NCBI GenBank assembly: GCA_025920435.1
Contig: JAPDLT010000004.1
Coordinates: 1-51,085 of the forward strand
Source of the DNA: Candidatus Rehaiarchaeum fermentans
GTDB lineage: Archaea > Nanobdellota > Nanobdellia > Parvarchaeales > Parvarchaeaceae
Reading direction: 5' to 3'
Length of the DNA stretch: 51,085 nt
Shown: piece by piece, positions 27,539-37,834 of the stretch
How the letters are laid out: every line of letters starts with the position of its first letter
Numbering within the stretch: the stretch's first letter is position 1
Program-made: the position numbers and the translations under genes
The notes under the pieces: generated by a model
Databases searched by the model: none
Told to the model about the DNA's origin: nothing
The model's input: the letters and a program-made list of their open reading frames with translations, nothing else

Positions 27539-29219
27539 AGCTTAATTTCTCAAATTCTTTTTCTATTTCATCATCCTTCATAATTTTCATTTTCAAAATA
27601 GTTTGTACAAAATCATTATCCTTTATTTCATCAAATTTCTGACCTTTCAATATCTTATCCATTTCTTTATCGTACAACAATTTTATAGCTTTAACAATAA
27701 TATATTGTTTCTTTAATGAAGAATATGCATCATTTTCATCAAATGCACTTTGTATTAAAAATCCTTCCTTTATCAATCTTGCAATTTTGAGTGTTTCTTT
27801 TTCTTGATCTGGTAAAGCATTAAATCCAACTAGGTTTGCAATTTGTTGTATTTCGTCACTCTTATTTAATGTATTTAAAATCCACTCTCTTAAAAACTTG
27901 TAATCATTTCCTACACTTTTTTTAAACCACTCTTCTAAGTCATCAATGTAAAGCGAATAACTTATTCCCCAATTAATTGCTGGATAATGTCTTGAATATG
28001 CAAGTTTTGCATCGAGCCCCCAAAAGCACCTTACTAAACGCAAGGTATTTTGAGAAACAGGATCGGATAAATCCCCTCCCGGAGGAGAAACAGCTCCAAT
28101 AACAGTTACGCTTCCTTCCTTTCCAGACAATGTTTTTACTTTTCCTGCTCTTTCATAAAATTCTGCAAGCCTACTCCCTAGATAAGAAGGATATCCTTCT
28201 TCTCCAGGCATCTCTTCCAATCTTCCTGAAATCTCTCTCAATGCTTCTGCCCATCTAGATGTACTATCTGCCATAACAGAAACTTTATATCCTAAATCTC
28301 TAAAATACTCTGCAATTGTTATTCCTACATATATACTTGCCTCTCTCGCAGCTACAGGCATGTTAGAAGTATTTGCTATGAGTACAGTTCTTTGTAACAA
28401 AGGATTTCCATTACTATCTACTAAATTAGAAAAGCTTTCCAAAAGATCTGCCATTTCATTACCTCTCTCCCCACAACCTACATATACAACAATATCACTA
28501 CTAGCCCATTTAGCCAATTGATGCTGCAAAACTGTTTTACCAGAACCAAATGGCCCAGGAATTGCTGCTTTCCCTCCTTCTCCAATAGGAAACAAAAAAT
28601 CTATAACGCGTTGACCTGTTACTAAAGGAGATTTTATATCTAACTTTGATAAATACGGTCTTGGCTTTCTTATAGGCCATCTTTGATATAGAAAAACTTC
28701 TTTATTTTCGATAGTACAAATAGGGTCTTTTACTGTAAAAGAACCTTCTTTAATTGAGTTAACCTCTCCATGAAAACCCAAAGGGACAAGTATAAAATGA
28801 TCAATATTTCCCTCTCTTACTTTTCCAATTATTTGTCCTTCTCTTACTTTATCCCCTTTTTTAACGAGCGGATAAAAATCCCATTTTTTATTCGTATCTA
28901 AAGGAAAATAATCTTCTTTTCCATGAATAAATATGCCTTCTTTACTAAGCATAGAATCTAAAGCTCTTTGCAATCCATCATAAATTTTACCTAACATCCC
29001 TGGCCCCAAAACTACTGACAAAGGAAAGTGAGTCTCTTCAACTTCTTCTCCTACTCCTAAAGAAGAAGTGTCTTCATAAGCTTCTATAAAAAATTCCTTT
29101 CCCCTTATTCTTATTACTTCTCCAATTATTCTTTTTTTCCCTAGTCTTACTACTTCTCCAATTCCTGAACTCAATCCTTCAGCAACAACTAATGGACCAG
29201 AAATTCTCTTTATTGCCAT
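27519..29219 (-). CDS. atpA: A/V-type ATPase subunit A
   Basis: [36 protein letters not shown]; no intein. Confidence 0.97.
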   Translation of the reverse strand: MAIKRISGPLVVAEGLSSGIGEVVRLGKKRIIGEVIRIRGKEFFIEAYEDTSSLGVGEEVEETHFPLSVVLGPGMLGKIYDGLQRALDSMLSKEGIFIHGKEDYFPLDTNKKWDFYPLVKKGDKVREGQIIGKVREGNIDHFILVPLGFHGEVNSIKEGSFTVKDPICTIENKEVFLYQRWPIRKPRPYLSKLDIKSPLVTGQRVIDFLFPIGEGGKAAIPGPFGSGKTVLQHQLAKWASSDIVVYVGCGERGNEMADLLESFSNLVDSNGNPLLQRTVLIANTSNMPVAAREASIYVGITIAEYFRDLGYKVSVMADSTSRWAEALREISGRLEEMPGEEGYPSYLGSRLAEFYERAGKVKTLSGKEGSVTVIGAVSPPGGDLSDPVSQNTLRLVRCFWGLDAKLAYSRHYPAINWGISYSLYIDDLEEWFKKSVGNDYKFLREWILNTLNKSDEIQQIANLVGFNALPDQEKETLKIARLIKEGFLIQSAFDENDAYSSLKKQYIIVKAIKLLYDKEMDKILKGQKFDEIKDNDFVQTILKMKIMKDDEIEKEFEKLSYDLQRI

Positions 29220-29497
29220 AAATTATTTGGATCTATGCCTAATATTTTTTTAGTAAGATTTAGAACGTCTTCCTTTTCTCTTAGCAAAATAAAAATAGGT
29301 TTAGTAATACTTATTAATTTTGCTTCTAAATCTTCTGGAATGCCTTCTGCTATTTCTTTATCTACTATAACAATATCATAGTCCAAAAATTTGTTGTAAG
29401 ATTTTACAAATTCTTCTTTATTGATTATTTCACCATCTAAACCAACCATTCTCATTCCAATAACAAACTCTTCATCCCCTAAACAAATAACTTTCAT
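29210..29497 (-). CDS. atpF: A/V-type ATPase subunit F
   Basis: MKVICLGDEEFVIGMRMVG ... KKILGID; start placed at 29497. Confidence 0.88.
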   Translation of the reverse strand: MKVICLGDEEFVIGMRMVGLDGEIINKEEFVKSYNKFLDYDIVIVDKEIAEGIPEDLEAKLISITKPIFILLREKEDVLNLTKKILGIDPNNLWQ

Positions 29498-30191
29498 ATA
29501 ATTTATCAATTAATTCTACTTTATTTTTCAATTTTAAATAAATTATCCCTCTGATCAAGTTTATTTGATTTTCTAAAAGAATTAAATAATATAAGGCAAC
29601 CCTTACATCGTTATAGTAAGAAAGATATATTACGTTTTCTTTTGAAAGATACTTGGAAATTGAAAAACCAGCTTTTGTTATAGTATTGTCAAGATTCTTG
29701 ATATAAAAATCTTCTAATAAATTGAAAAGTTTTGGATAATCTTGAGTATATAAGGACGGAGAAAATCTTTCTGCTAAGAAATTAACTATTTCATTGATAT
29801 TTGAATTTATTAAAGAAATATAATCTAACTTATTTATAGTTGTCATACCAACAAATCTGTTAATTACTTCAATTTTTCTATCTGAAATCTTTATTTCTTC
29901 CTTGAGTAACTTCGCAGATATTATTGCTTTTATGTTTTCTAAATCAAATTTTAATAAATAAGAGGAAAGAACTTTTCTATCTAAAGGGTCTGCGAGAAGG
30001 TAAAGATCTTGTGCTTCTTTAAAAAAATAATTTAAAGAGTTGGCTTCAAATTCTTCTATATTATCTGAAACATAATTTATTTCATCTTTTATTTGAGAAA
30101 TGCTCTTCTCTTTTAGTGAAAGTAATTTTTCTTTGCTCATTAAATTGCTGATTTTAGCTCTGCTTGCTCCCACTAAGCTCATATATTTCAT
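29472..30191 (-). CDS. atpC: A/V-type ATPase subunit C (short)
   Basis: RAKISNLM, FDLENIKAII, ENQINLIRGII; lies between atpE and atpF. Confidence 0.8.
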   Translation of the reverse strand: MKYMSLVGASRAKISNLMSKEKLLSLKEKSISQIKDEINYVSDNIEEFEANSLNYFFKEAQDLYLLADPLDRKVLSSYLLKFDLENIKAIISAKLLKEEIKISDRKIEVINRFVGMTTINKLDYISLINSNINEIVNFLAERFSPSLYTQDYPKLFNLLEDFYIKNLDNTITKAGFSISKYLSKENVIYLSYYNDVRVALYYLILLENQINLIRGIIYLKLKNKVELIDKLYESYLFRG

Positions 30192-30690
30192 TTAAAATTT
30201 TATCAATTTTTTCGGAAAGTATAGTATCAAAACTAAAATCTAATATTTGAGTTCCTTTTTTTGCAATAATTCCTCCTATAATGCTTATTTCTTTTGCCCC
30301 TTTTATAAAGGAAATATCTCTTTTATTTACGTAAATTTCGTAGTCAGAAAATTTACTAGCTAAATTTTTCATAAAATTCTTATATTTTTCTGTTTGAGTG
30401 ATTTCTTCTGCAATGGAATAAATTTGATTAACATATTCCTTTTCTACCTCTCCGGCTTTTGAAAGATAATAATCAATACCTTCCTGCACTTTCATTTCTT
30501 TAGACTTAATATATTCTTGATCAGCTAAGATTTTAGCACTCTCTAAAATATCTTTCTTTATTTTCTCAGCTCTTTCTTTTGCTTCATTTATTATTTTAAT
30601 CTTTTCTTCCTCAGTCCTTTTATTTATCTCTTCTATTTCTTTCTTTTTTTCCTTTATTAACTCTTCTAACAACTCCTTTACATCGCTCAT
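30154..30690 (-). CDS. atpE: A/V-type ATPase subunit E
   Basis: N-terminal coiled coil, IIGGIIA...DFSFDTIL. Confidence 0.88.
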   Translation of the reverse strand: MSDVKELLEELIKEKKKEIEEINKRTEEEKIKIINEAKERAEKIKKDILESAKILADQEYIKSKEMKVQEGIDYYLSKAGEVEKEYVNQIYSIAEEITQTEKYKNFMKNLASKFSDYEIYVNKRDISFIKGAKEISIIGGIIAKKGTQILDFSFDTILSEKIDKILNEIYELSGSKQS

Positions 30691-30912
30691 TTAAAGTATA
30701 TTCAGCAAAATCATTAGCGCTACTACAAATCCTATTATCCAAAGTGTTTCTGGCAATACGAAAAATAGAAGTACTTTACCTAGCATATCCGGTTTCTCTG
30801 CTATAACTCCCATTCCAGAAGATCCAACTCCGCTTTGAGCAATACCTGTACCTATAAGACCTCCCGCCAATGCAATTGCAGCTGCAATTGCTTCACTCCC
30901 ACTAATCACCAT
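30691..30912 (-). CDS. atpK: A/V-type ATPase proteolipid subunit K (c), single hairpin
   Basis: GIAQSGVGSSGMGVIAEKP...VLPETLWIIGF with the ion-carrying Glu. Confidence 0.93.
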   Translation of the reverse strand: MVISGSEAIAAAIALAGGLIGTGIAQSGVGSSGMGVIAEKPDMLGKVLLFFVLPETLWIIGFVVALMILLNIL

Positions 30913-31180
30913 TTTAAAGCTTCTAATTAAAGAAATATAAGCTTTATTAACTTCTTTGTTAACTTTTAAATTATAGGGTCTTAAATTCTTTTTAAGAAAT
31001 CTATTATGTAAGGGGAGAGCTTAACCTTTATTATTTTGGCTAAAAAGATTTTCAAAAAAGATTGTTTAAGTAATTAGTAAATATTTTAATTAAATCAAGG
31101 TGAATTAATTAAAAAAAACTAAGTTGAAATTTATAAGTTATAATTAAAAAGCAGAAAAAATAACTAACTCTTAAATAAAT

Positions 31181-31573
31181 TCATCCTATCAAATCTTTCT
31201 TAAGAGTTTTGAAGTAAGACACTAAATCAGTCCTAGTCTTGTCGAAATAAGATTTTAAGTCTACCTTTAATGTATTGAAGTAAGGTTTAAAGTATGTCTT
31301 TATTTCAGTAGGCAATTTACGTAAGTCTTCTATTACGGTTTTATAAGATGATTTTAAATCATTTTTTATTTGAGCAGGAATTTGCCCTAAATCCTTCTTA
31401 AGTGTATTGTATGCATTCAAAAAGTCGGATTTTAATGTATTATATATTTGACGAAAGTAAGATCCTATTTGACGAAAGTAAGATCCTCCCAAAGAGTTGC
31501 TTTGCTCTCCTCCACTTGCTTTTAATTTATCTGCCAGAGTTTCATTTTTAGTTGTTGGCTTTTCACTTCCCAT
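31181..31573 (-). CDS. Hypothetical protein with eight 11-residue amphipathic repeats
   Basis: 130-aa ORF with TATAAA about 25 nt upstream of the ATG; repeat consensus [YFP]xx[LI]KxD[LF]xxx. Confidence 0.8.
   Translation of the reverse strand: MGSEKPTTKNETLADKLKASGGEQSNSLGGSYFRQIGSYFRQIYNTLKSDFLNAYNTLKKDLGQIPAQIKNDLKSSYKTVIEDLRKLPTEIKTYFKPYFNTLKVDLKSYFDKTRTDLVSYFKTLKKDLIG
31445..31486. repeat. Perfect 21-bp tandem duplication
   Basis: TATTTGACGAAAGTAAGATCC x2, encoding GSYFRQI twice. Confidence 0.95.
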
Positions 31574-31620
31574 TTGATATTATGAAGTCTAGTAGTATTT
31601 ATATCTTTTAAGTGGTAAAT

Positions 31621-31917
31621 TTAAGATTCACCCTTTAAACTATCCAAATCGTAGCCTAGCTCCTTAAGCTTTTCTATTCCAAGCTTGTTATAAAGATAAA
31701 CTATATCTCCTCTTTCGTCTTCTTTGGGCGAGATTGGCTTAACTATAACGAAATCACCTGCCTTAACCCAAGCATACCTTGTCAAGCTTCCTCTAACTTT
31801 GCAAAATCTTATTTTATTATCAGAGCACTTTACATACATATTTCCATGACCTAGTTGTTGTATTACATATCCTAAAACCTCATCCTTTTCTGGAAGCCTA
31901 AACTCCGTGTTTCTCAT
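31621..31917 (-). CDS. eif1a: Translation initiation factor aIF-1A
   Basis: RLPEKDEVLGYVIQQLG, VKCSDNKIR, WVKAGDFVIV, RGDIVYLY. Confidence 0.93.
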   Translation of the reverse strand: MRNTEFRLPEKDEVLGYVIQQLGHGNMYVKCSDNKIRFCKVRGSLTRYAWVKAGDFVIVKPISPKEDERGDIVYLYNKLGIEKLKELGYDLDSLKGES

Positions 31918-32204
31918 AATATCTTATAAACTTGAGCATGTAACTGCCCACCAAATTCTTTCGCATTTTTAACAATACCTTCTTCAATTAAAAATTTAAC
32001 GATTTCATTACCAAATGCATTTATAATAGAACTTTCCGATATCATACTTAGGATTTCTCCTTTATCAAATATTTTTTCGCCATAAAACTTTGGATCTATA
32101 AAAATTTTAATATCTTTAGAAATAAGTGTTTTACCTAATAAATCTTTATCGCAAATAGCTAATATTTTTTGGCCTTCTCCTTTATGCATTTTTGCGTAAA
32201 ACAT
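31914..32204 (-). CDS. DUF424-family protein
   Basis: ILAICDKDLLGK, FYG, INAFGNEIV, HAQV; start moved to ATG 32204. Confidence 0.85.
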   Translation of the reverse strand: MFYAKMHKGEGQKILAICDKDLLGKTLISKDIKIFIDPKFYGEKIFDKGEILSMISESSIINAFGNEIVKFLIEEGIVKNAKEFGGQLHAQVYKIL

Positions 32205-32205
32205 A

Positions 32206-32616
32206 CTAACGTATTTCTTCTGCAGGATAAGAAGCGCCACAAGCAAGGCACTTTATCATATAAATTTTGTCTTCTTTTATCATTTCTGTATCTGGAGAAG
32301 AGCAAACCTTACAATAAACATATTTTTGTAAATACAATTGTAATTTTTCTTGAACTTGCTTGGGCTGAAATCTTCCTGTCAACATTATTCTTTCTTTTTC
32401 AATACTCCCGGAAGTCAAAAACTCATGTAATAAAAATCTAAATATATGATTAATAGGTCTTTTTATATAGTTTGCAAAATCATTTAAATAGATAAAAGTT
32501 TTCTGAGAAGTAGTTTCAACTCTAACTCCTGGCGGATTAAATCTGCCTTTCTCAATCTTTTTCTTGCTCTCATATATTCTATCCAACAACTTTAAATATT
32601 CTTCGTCTACTTCCAT
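32206..32616 (-). CDS. eif2b: Translation initiation factor aIF-2 beta
   Basis: YLKLLDRIY, RFNPP, YVYCKVCSSPDT...CLACGA zinc ribbon. Confidence 0.93.
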   Translation of the reverse strand: MEVDEEYLKLLDRIYESKKKIEKGRFNPPGVRVETTSQKTFIYLNDFANYIKRPINHIFRFLLHEFLTSGSIEKERIMLTGRFQPKQVQEKLQLYLQKYVYCKVCSSPDTEMIKEDKIYMIKCLACGASYPAEEIR

Positions 32617-32619
32617 AAT

Positions 32620-32988
32620 CTACTTTTTATTATTCCAATACTTATTGTAATAAAATAAACTTTTAATACTATTATACATGAATTGAATTAAATCAATCTT
32701 TTTTATTATTCTTGCATGTAGTATAGGATTTTCATCATAAACTAATTCACCTAATATTTCTACCGCATCCCCTGCTTTTAATTCTAAATTATTTTGAAAA
32801 TACACATATATTTCTCCGGTTCCGTCATTCACTACTAAAGATTTATATCCTTCATTATCATTTATCCTTTCGACTATTCCAAATATGTTTAATCTTGAAA
32901 CTTCTTTATTATTTATTTTAAGTACATTATTTTCTTTAGTTAGTTTTAAAAGAGAAATCAAAGGGAGAAGATAATAAGTATAATCCAT
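32620..32988 (-). CDS. Single OB-fold protein (RPA32-like)
   Basis: VSRLNIFGIV, VNDGTGEI, GDAVEILG; its start overlaps the MCM stop (TAATG). Confidence 0.75.
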   Translation of the reverse strand: MDYTYYLLPLISLLKLTKENNVLKINNKEVSRLNIFGIVERINDNEGYKSLVVNDGTGEIYVYFQNNLELKAGDAVEILGELVYDENPILHARIIKKIDLIQFMYNSIKSLFYYNKYWNNKK

Positions 32989-34994
32989 TATAATGCCTTG
33001 TATACGCCGTATTTTTCTTCGTATATGTCGCCTTGCTTTTTCAACGTTTCTATTGCTTCTTCTATTTTTTCTTTTGGAATATTTAGTTTTTCACCTTCTT
33101 TTATTATATCAGAAACGCTAGCGCCTCCCATATCTGAAAGCTTCTTTATTATTTTCTTAACTTCTAAAATAGAACTTCTTTCAGACGAAGTTATGGTACT
33201 TGTAATTTTATCAATGTCTATTTTTCCTGAACTCATATCAAAACCGAGTTGATTAAGATAAGAAGTGATTAAACTAATTGCTAATTCAGCATCTTGTACT
33301 TCTACTTTGTTAGATAATCTTATTCTAGCAGAGGCTTCTGCAAGTCTTATTATTGATTCCAACTGTCTTGCAGAAATAGGTATTATAACATTATCTCCAT
33401 AAGTGCTCTGTTTTCTTAAAGAAATAAAGAAGTTTTTGATTCTTTCTCCTGCCTCTTCAGAAATAACTGGATTTACATTTTGCCTTGCATAAGCAATGTA
33501 TTTTCTTAGTAAATCTATATTTATTGCAGGAGAGGCTTTAGTTATATCTCTATTAGATTCTATAATACGATTAGCTATAAGTAAATCAGTAACTTGGTTA
33601 GGAACATCTTTCAATGCAAATATTAAATCAAAACGATTTATCAATGTAGGAGGAAGATCTAACTGTGAAGCAACACTCTCTACAAAGTTAAATCTCCCTA
33701 ATTTCGGATTTGCAGCAGCCAATACAGCAGTTTGAGCAATTAAAGTTGCATGAATATTTGCTTTAGAAATTGTAATGGTTTGCTGTTCTAATCCTTCATG
33801 AAGAGCTATTCTATCATTTTTATTCATTTTATCTATTTCGTCAACACACAAAAGTCCCTTGTTAGTTAATGGCATAGCGCCGGCTTCAAGCATGTATCCT
33901 TTCGATATCTCATCTTTTACTACAGTAGCAGTAAGTCCTGCTGCAGAAGATCCCATTCCTGTAACGTATCTTCCTTTAGGAGAAAGCTCTGCAACGTACT
34001 TTAGTATTGAAGATTTAGCAGTACCTGGATCACCTACAAGTAATATATGTATATCTCCTCTAATAGCAACACCATTAGCTACTTTTCTAACTCCTCCAAA
34101 AAGTTGTAGCGCAATTGCCTTCTTAACTTCTTCTAAACCATAAACATGAGGGGCTATTGAAGCTACTAATCTATCTAGAATATCTGGAGAGCTAGCTAAC
34201 TTAATTATTTCATTTTTATCGCTTTCAGTTATTTCTATGTCTTCATATCCTTGTTCTACTGCCTGAATATAAGAAGCCTCTAAAATTAGATCTGAAGTTG
34301 TAGATTGCTTACCATTACCGTAAAATATTGGGCTTTCTTTAATTATTCCACTAATAGTCACTTTGTTTCCAGGAATTATGTTCCTTTCAAATTTAGGATC
34401 AACTAAATCATCTTTAAGTAAAACTTCAATGTGTTCTGGTTGCTCTCCTCCTCTTAGTTCTTCTGGGGCTTCTTCTACTATTAATCTTTGCATATCAGTG
34501 AATTTTTTACTTGCTATTCTGAACTTGCTCTTTCCACAGGAAGGACAAACTAAAGGAGGCTTAATCGTTCTCTCCTTTTGAACTACAGGTATTTGGCGCT
34601 CACAATTTTGACACTCGAAAACAACTACCTCAGTAACTGGTTTAACTGTAGAAGCTGCTCTTATAAGGCCAACTATTTGAATAAGTTTACCTATGTGCTT
34701 ATTTCTTATGTCTTTTATTCTTACTTGATTATTCTTTGGAATGTTGTAAAATCTTATGTTAACATCTTTAAATACATCATCTATTTCCTCTAAAACAACT
34801 TTAAAGGAAGAAATAGCTTCTGTAGGATTAGACAGTATATAATTTCCTAACTCTGGTGAAAACTTATCTATCAAATCAAAATCTATAACTACTGATCTAC
34901 TTCCTTGTGTAAATTTTTTCTTGTAAAGATTAATAACAAATTCTTCACTGAACTCTTTTATTTCGTTAAGCATTTCATCAGTCTTTTCGTTCAT
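32988..34994 (-). CDS. mcm: Replicative helicase MCM
   Basis: CQNC..CPSC zinc finger, GDPGTAKS, CVDEIDKM, AAANP, NRFDL, SARQLE, C-terminal wHTH; no intein. Confidence 0.96.
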   Translation of the reverse strand: MNEKTDEMLNEIKEFSEEFVINLYKKKFTQGSRSVVIDFDLIDKFSPELGNYILSNPTEAISSFKVVLEEIDDVFKDVNIRFYNIPKNNQVRIKDIRNKHIGKLIQIVGLIRAASTVKPVTEVVVFECQNCERQIPVVQKERTIKPPLVCPSCGKSKFRIASKKFTDMQRLIVEEAPEELRGGEQPEHIEVLLKDDLVDPKFERNIIPGNKVTISGIIKESPIFYGNGKQSTTSDLILEASYIQAVEQGYEDIEITESDKNEIIKLASSPDILDRLVASIAPHVYGLEEVKKAIALQLFGGVRKVANGVAIRGDIHILLVGDPGTAKSSILKYVAELSPKGRYVTGMGSSAAGLTATVVKDEISKGYMLEAGAMPLTNKGLLCVDEIDKMNKNDRIALHEGLEQQTITISKANIHATLIAQTAVLAAANPKLGRFNFVESVASQLDLPPTLINRFDLIFALKDVPNQVTDLLIANRIIESNRDITKASPAINIDLLRKYIAYARQNVNPVISEEAGERIKNFFISLRKQSTYGDNVIIPISARQLESIIRLAEASARIRLSNKVEVQDAELAISLITSYLNQLGFDMSSGKIDIDKITSTITSSERSSILEVKKIIKKLSDMGGASVSDIIKEGEKLNIPKEKIEEAIETLKKQGDIYEEKYGVYKAL

Positions 34995-35015
34995 ACTATT
35001 TAAGTATACTAATGA

Positions 35016-35651
35016 TCATTCTTTAAACATTTCGTAATTTTTTTTAAAGTAATTTAATAAGTCTTTATAACTTTTAAAATAAGGATGAAGATCTTTATTA
35101 AAAACTCCAATAAATTTAATTCCTGCTCTTTTTGCAGCCATTTCATCTACAGGCGCATCCCCTATGTAAACAGATTTATTTTTTGAAGCTTTTAAAAGAC
35201 TAAGGGTCTTTATAAGAAAATAAGGATCTGGTTTCTCTCTTTTCATGGTAGAAGAAACTATTACATCAAATTTATTTAAAAATTTTACCTTTCGTTTATA
35301 TAATTCTACTTCTTTTTTACTTGCAGACGTAAATATACCAATTTTAACTTGCTTAGACTTTAGAAAATCAATGGTTTTTTCCGCACCTTTAAATGCAGTT
35401 ACTTTATTCAAATTTTCTTCCATATGTTCTAACTTGTAAATGTGCACTTTTTCTATGTCTTTATTGGTTATTTTAATGTTAGTTTTTTCATAGATGAGTT
35501 TAGCAATAGTTGTATATGGAAACTTTACTATTTGCTTTACGAAATTAGTACTCAATTTTATGCCTAATTTTTCATATCCTTCTTTTATTAGTTTTACGTT
35601 TAGAGAAGTAGTATTTATTAAAGTCCCATCCAGATCAAATATTACTGCCAT
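35016..35651 (-). CDS. HAD-family phosphatase
   Basis: FDLDGTL, FTS, KPDP, YIGDAPVD. Confidence 0.9.
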   Translation of the reverse strand: MAVIFDLDGTLINTTSLNVKLIKEGYEKLGIKLSTNFVKQIVKFPYTTIAKLIYEKTNIKITNKDIEKVHIYKLEHMEENLNKVTAFKGAEKTIDFLKSKQVKIGIFTSASKKEVELYKRKVKFLNKFDVIVSSTMKREKPDPYFLIKTLSLLKASKNKSVYIGDAPVDEMAAKRAGIKFIGVFNKDLHPYFKSYKDLLNYFKKNYEMFKE

Positions 35652-35663
35652 GTAACACCTTTT

Positions 35664-36515
35664 TTACTTATAGATTATATCAAAAAGAAAAGAATCTAAT
35701 ATAATTTTTTCTGCGCTTTCTTTACTTAATCCTCTTGCAAGCAAATAGTTTATCCAATTTTCACTTATCTTTCTTATAGAAAGTGAATGATTTCCTGAAG
35801 AAGAATTAGAATTAATTGTAAGCTCAGGTATTCCATAAGATTGGCCTTTAACAGTTATTATTTGTATAATAAGGTTTGAATAAGAATTATCTAAAAGTAT
35901 TGGATTTCCTCTTAATATAAGCTTTCCACCTAAATTAACCCCTTTCATTTCTATTGATGAATTTGAATTTATATGCTTAGTTTCTACATTAAAGTCAGCA
36001 TGCTCTCTAGCTAGAGTACGCGAAATAATATTTAAATTAGAATTATTTGCAATCCCTCTTATATATACAACACTTTTATCAGAGAAAAAAGAATTTATTC
36101 TTATTTTAACCTCTCCTAAAAATTGAGTATCTATACATAAATAATTAAATTTACCTTTTAGATTGATTGTTAGAGATGAAGATTCAATAGAACCTGTAAA
36201 AACTAGCGAAGAAAACTCACTATCTATATCTACATTTAAGTTAGAATTTTTCTTATTAAAAACTAATTCTGCAATGTAATTACCTTTTAAAGAAATTTTA
36301 TCTTGAGAAACTAGATATGATCCTGTTTTATAATTATAGTTTAAATAATCCATTTCATTTAAAGGAGAAAAATTAGAACTGCACTTTTCAAATTGTAACT
36401 CTTGAGGAATTACATCTCCATAATCAAAAGATAAAAAGTCAGTATATTTGGAAACTGTTGGAGAATCCTTTACCTTTGAGTTATAATAATTTTTTAGTAT
36501 TTCTTTTATGTTCAT
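35664..36515 (-). CDS. SufB/SufD-family protein (divergent, SufD-like)
   Basis: Beta-helix-like composition; IPELTIN..SGNHS...YLLARGLSKESAEKIILDSF. Confidence 0.72.
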   Translation of the reverse strand: MNIKEILKNYYNSKVKDSPTVSKYTDFLSFDYGDVIPQELQFEKCSSNFSPLNEMDYLNYNYKTGSYLVSQDKISLKGNYIAELVFNKKNSNLNVDIDSEFSSLVFTGSIESSSLTINLKGKFNYLCIDTQFLGEVKIRINSFFSDKSVVYIRGIANNSNLNIISRTLAREHADFNVETKHINSNSSIEMKGVNLGGKLILRGNPILLDNSYSNLIIQIITVKGQSYGIPELTINSNSSSGNHSLSIRKISENWINYLLARGLSKESAEKIILDSFLFDIIYK

Positions 36516-37834
36516 ATTACAAAAGCTATTGAGAATATGAGTACAAATGTAAGTATTGCATTAATTGCGTAAGTTATTCTCATTGCATTTTTTTCGTTTT
36601 TAAGTAAACTTTTAAGAATTGAAAATAGTGCATTACTACCATCAGTTATAAAAAATATTGGCAACATATTTATAACCCCTACACCTATCCCAAATATAAA
36701 TATCCATAAGAGCAAACCTTCTAGCCAGAAAAGTATTTGCGAAACAGTAGAAGAAGTTGGAAAAGCATTTGCAGAAATAATTGGAATTAATGTAAATGGT
36801 TGTTGCTTACTAAAATATGTAATAAATTTAACTCCATAATGAATTATTGTTTTATTAACTGTGAAGTTAGAAGGAACAACATAATAAGATTTATTAAAAG
36901 ACTGAAAAATTTGTGAAGAGTTGCCTTTTTCCAACAAAGAATAAACTTGTAATAAAGAAATTGAAGAGCTATTAAATTTAGAGTAGGAAGATAAAGGTCC
37001 TAAACTATAAACATATTGATTATTCTTAATTTGAGGGATTACAAAACCAAAAAGAGGCAATTCTATTGCGTTAAATGAAATAGATTTATTATCTAACTTA
37101 ACAATTTGAATTGTATGATTATAAGGTATGCCTGCTTGATAAGCAGGAGAGTTCTTTATTGAAGATAAATTTAAATAAACGTTTGAAAATGAAACTAAAT
37201 TATTACTTACTAAAAAGAACGCTATAATTATGTAAAAAAACAATGCTAAAGCACCAATAATTATGTTTGAAAAAGAACCTGCAGAAAGAACTGAAAGCTG
37301 AGTACTCAACTTAGATTTATACATTTTCTTTTCGTCCAATTCTACAAATGCTAAAGGTATAAAAGCAAATGCAAAACCAAAACCAGTACTCTTTATTTTA
37401 AGTTTGTGTGCTCTAGCTACTATTCCATGAGAAAATTCATGCGGCAACACTGTAACTAATATTGCTATTATCCAATAAATAATTGGAACACCTATAGAAA
37501 CTCCTGGTATGTAAAAAGGTAATGCTAACTCTACTGCAGATACATGTAAACTTTTGAACAATGAAATATTGTAGTAATAAATTAATATATTATAAAGCCC
37601 AAAAATAGCTGCTAAAATCCCTACGATTATTCCAATATATCCAAAAATTTTTACAAATTTTGTATGTGAACCTATCTTATTTATGAGATTAATACCTATC
37701 TTGGTCCTATAAATAAAGGCTGGACCTTCTCGCTTAAAATTCTTTCTAAACGCTATTACTAGTAGTATAATTGCTAATATAAAGATAGCCCCTGCTATAT
37801 TATTGTACTCTGAATTAAAAAAGATATAGCTCAT
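36512..37834 (-). CDS. Site-2 protease (M50 metalloprotease)
   Basis: HEFSHG, AFVE, AGSFSN, NMLPIFFITDG. Confidence 0.92.
   Translation of the reverse strand: MSYIFFNSEYNNIAGAIFILAIILLVIAFRKNFKREGPAFIYRTKIGINLINKIGSHTKFVKIFGYIGIIVGILAAIFGLYNILIYYYNISLFKSLHVSAVELALPFYIPGVSIGVPIIYWIIAILVTVLPHEFSHGIVARAHKLKIKSTGFGFAFAFIPLAFVELDEKKMYKSKLSTQLSVLSAGSFSNIIIGALALFFYIIIAFFLVSNNLVSFSNVYLNLSSIKNSPAYQAGIPYNHTIQIVKLDNKSISFNAIELPLFGFVIPQIKNNQYVYSLGPLSSYSKFNSSSISLLQVYSLLEKGNSSQIFQSFNKSYYVVPSNFTVNKTIIHYGVKFITYFSKQQPFTLIPIISANAFPTSSTVSQILFWLEGLLLWIFIFGIGVGVINMLPIFFITDGSNALFSILKSLLKNEKNAMRITYAINAILTFVLIFSIAFVI

Noticed and set aside
30913-31180. AT-rich gap as a replication origin
   Set aside because: No repeated ORB-like boxes and no adjacent cdc6/orc1; explained by the atp promoter and an upstream terminator.
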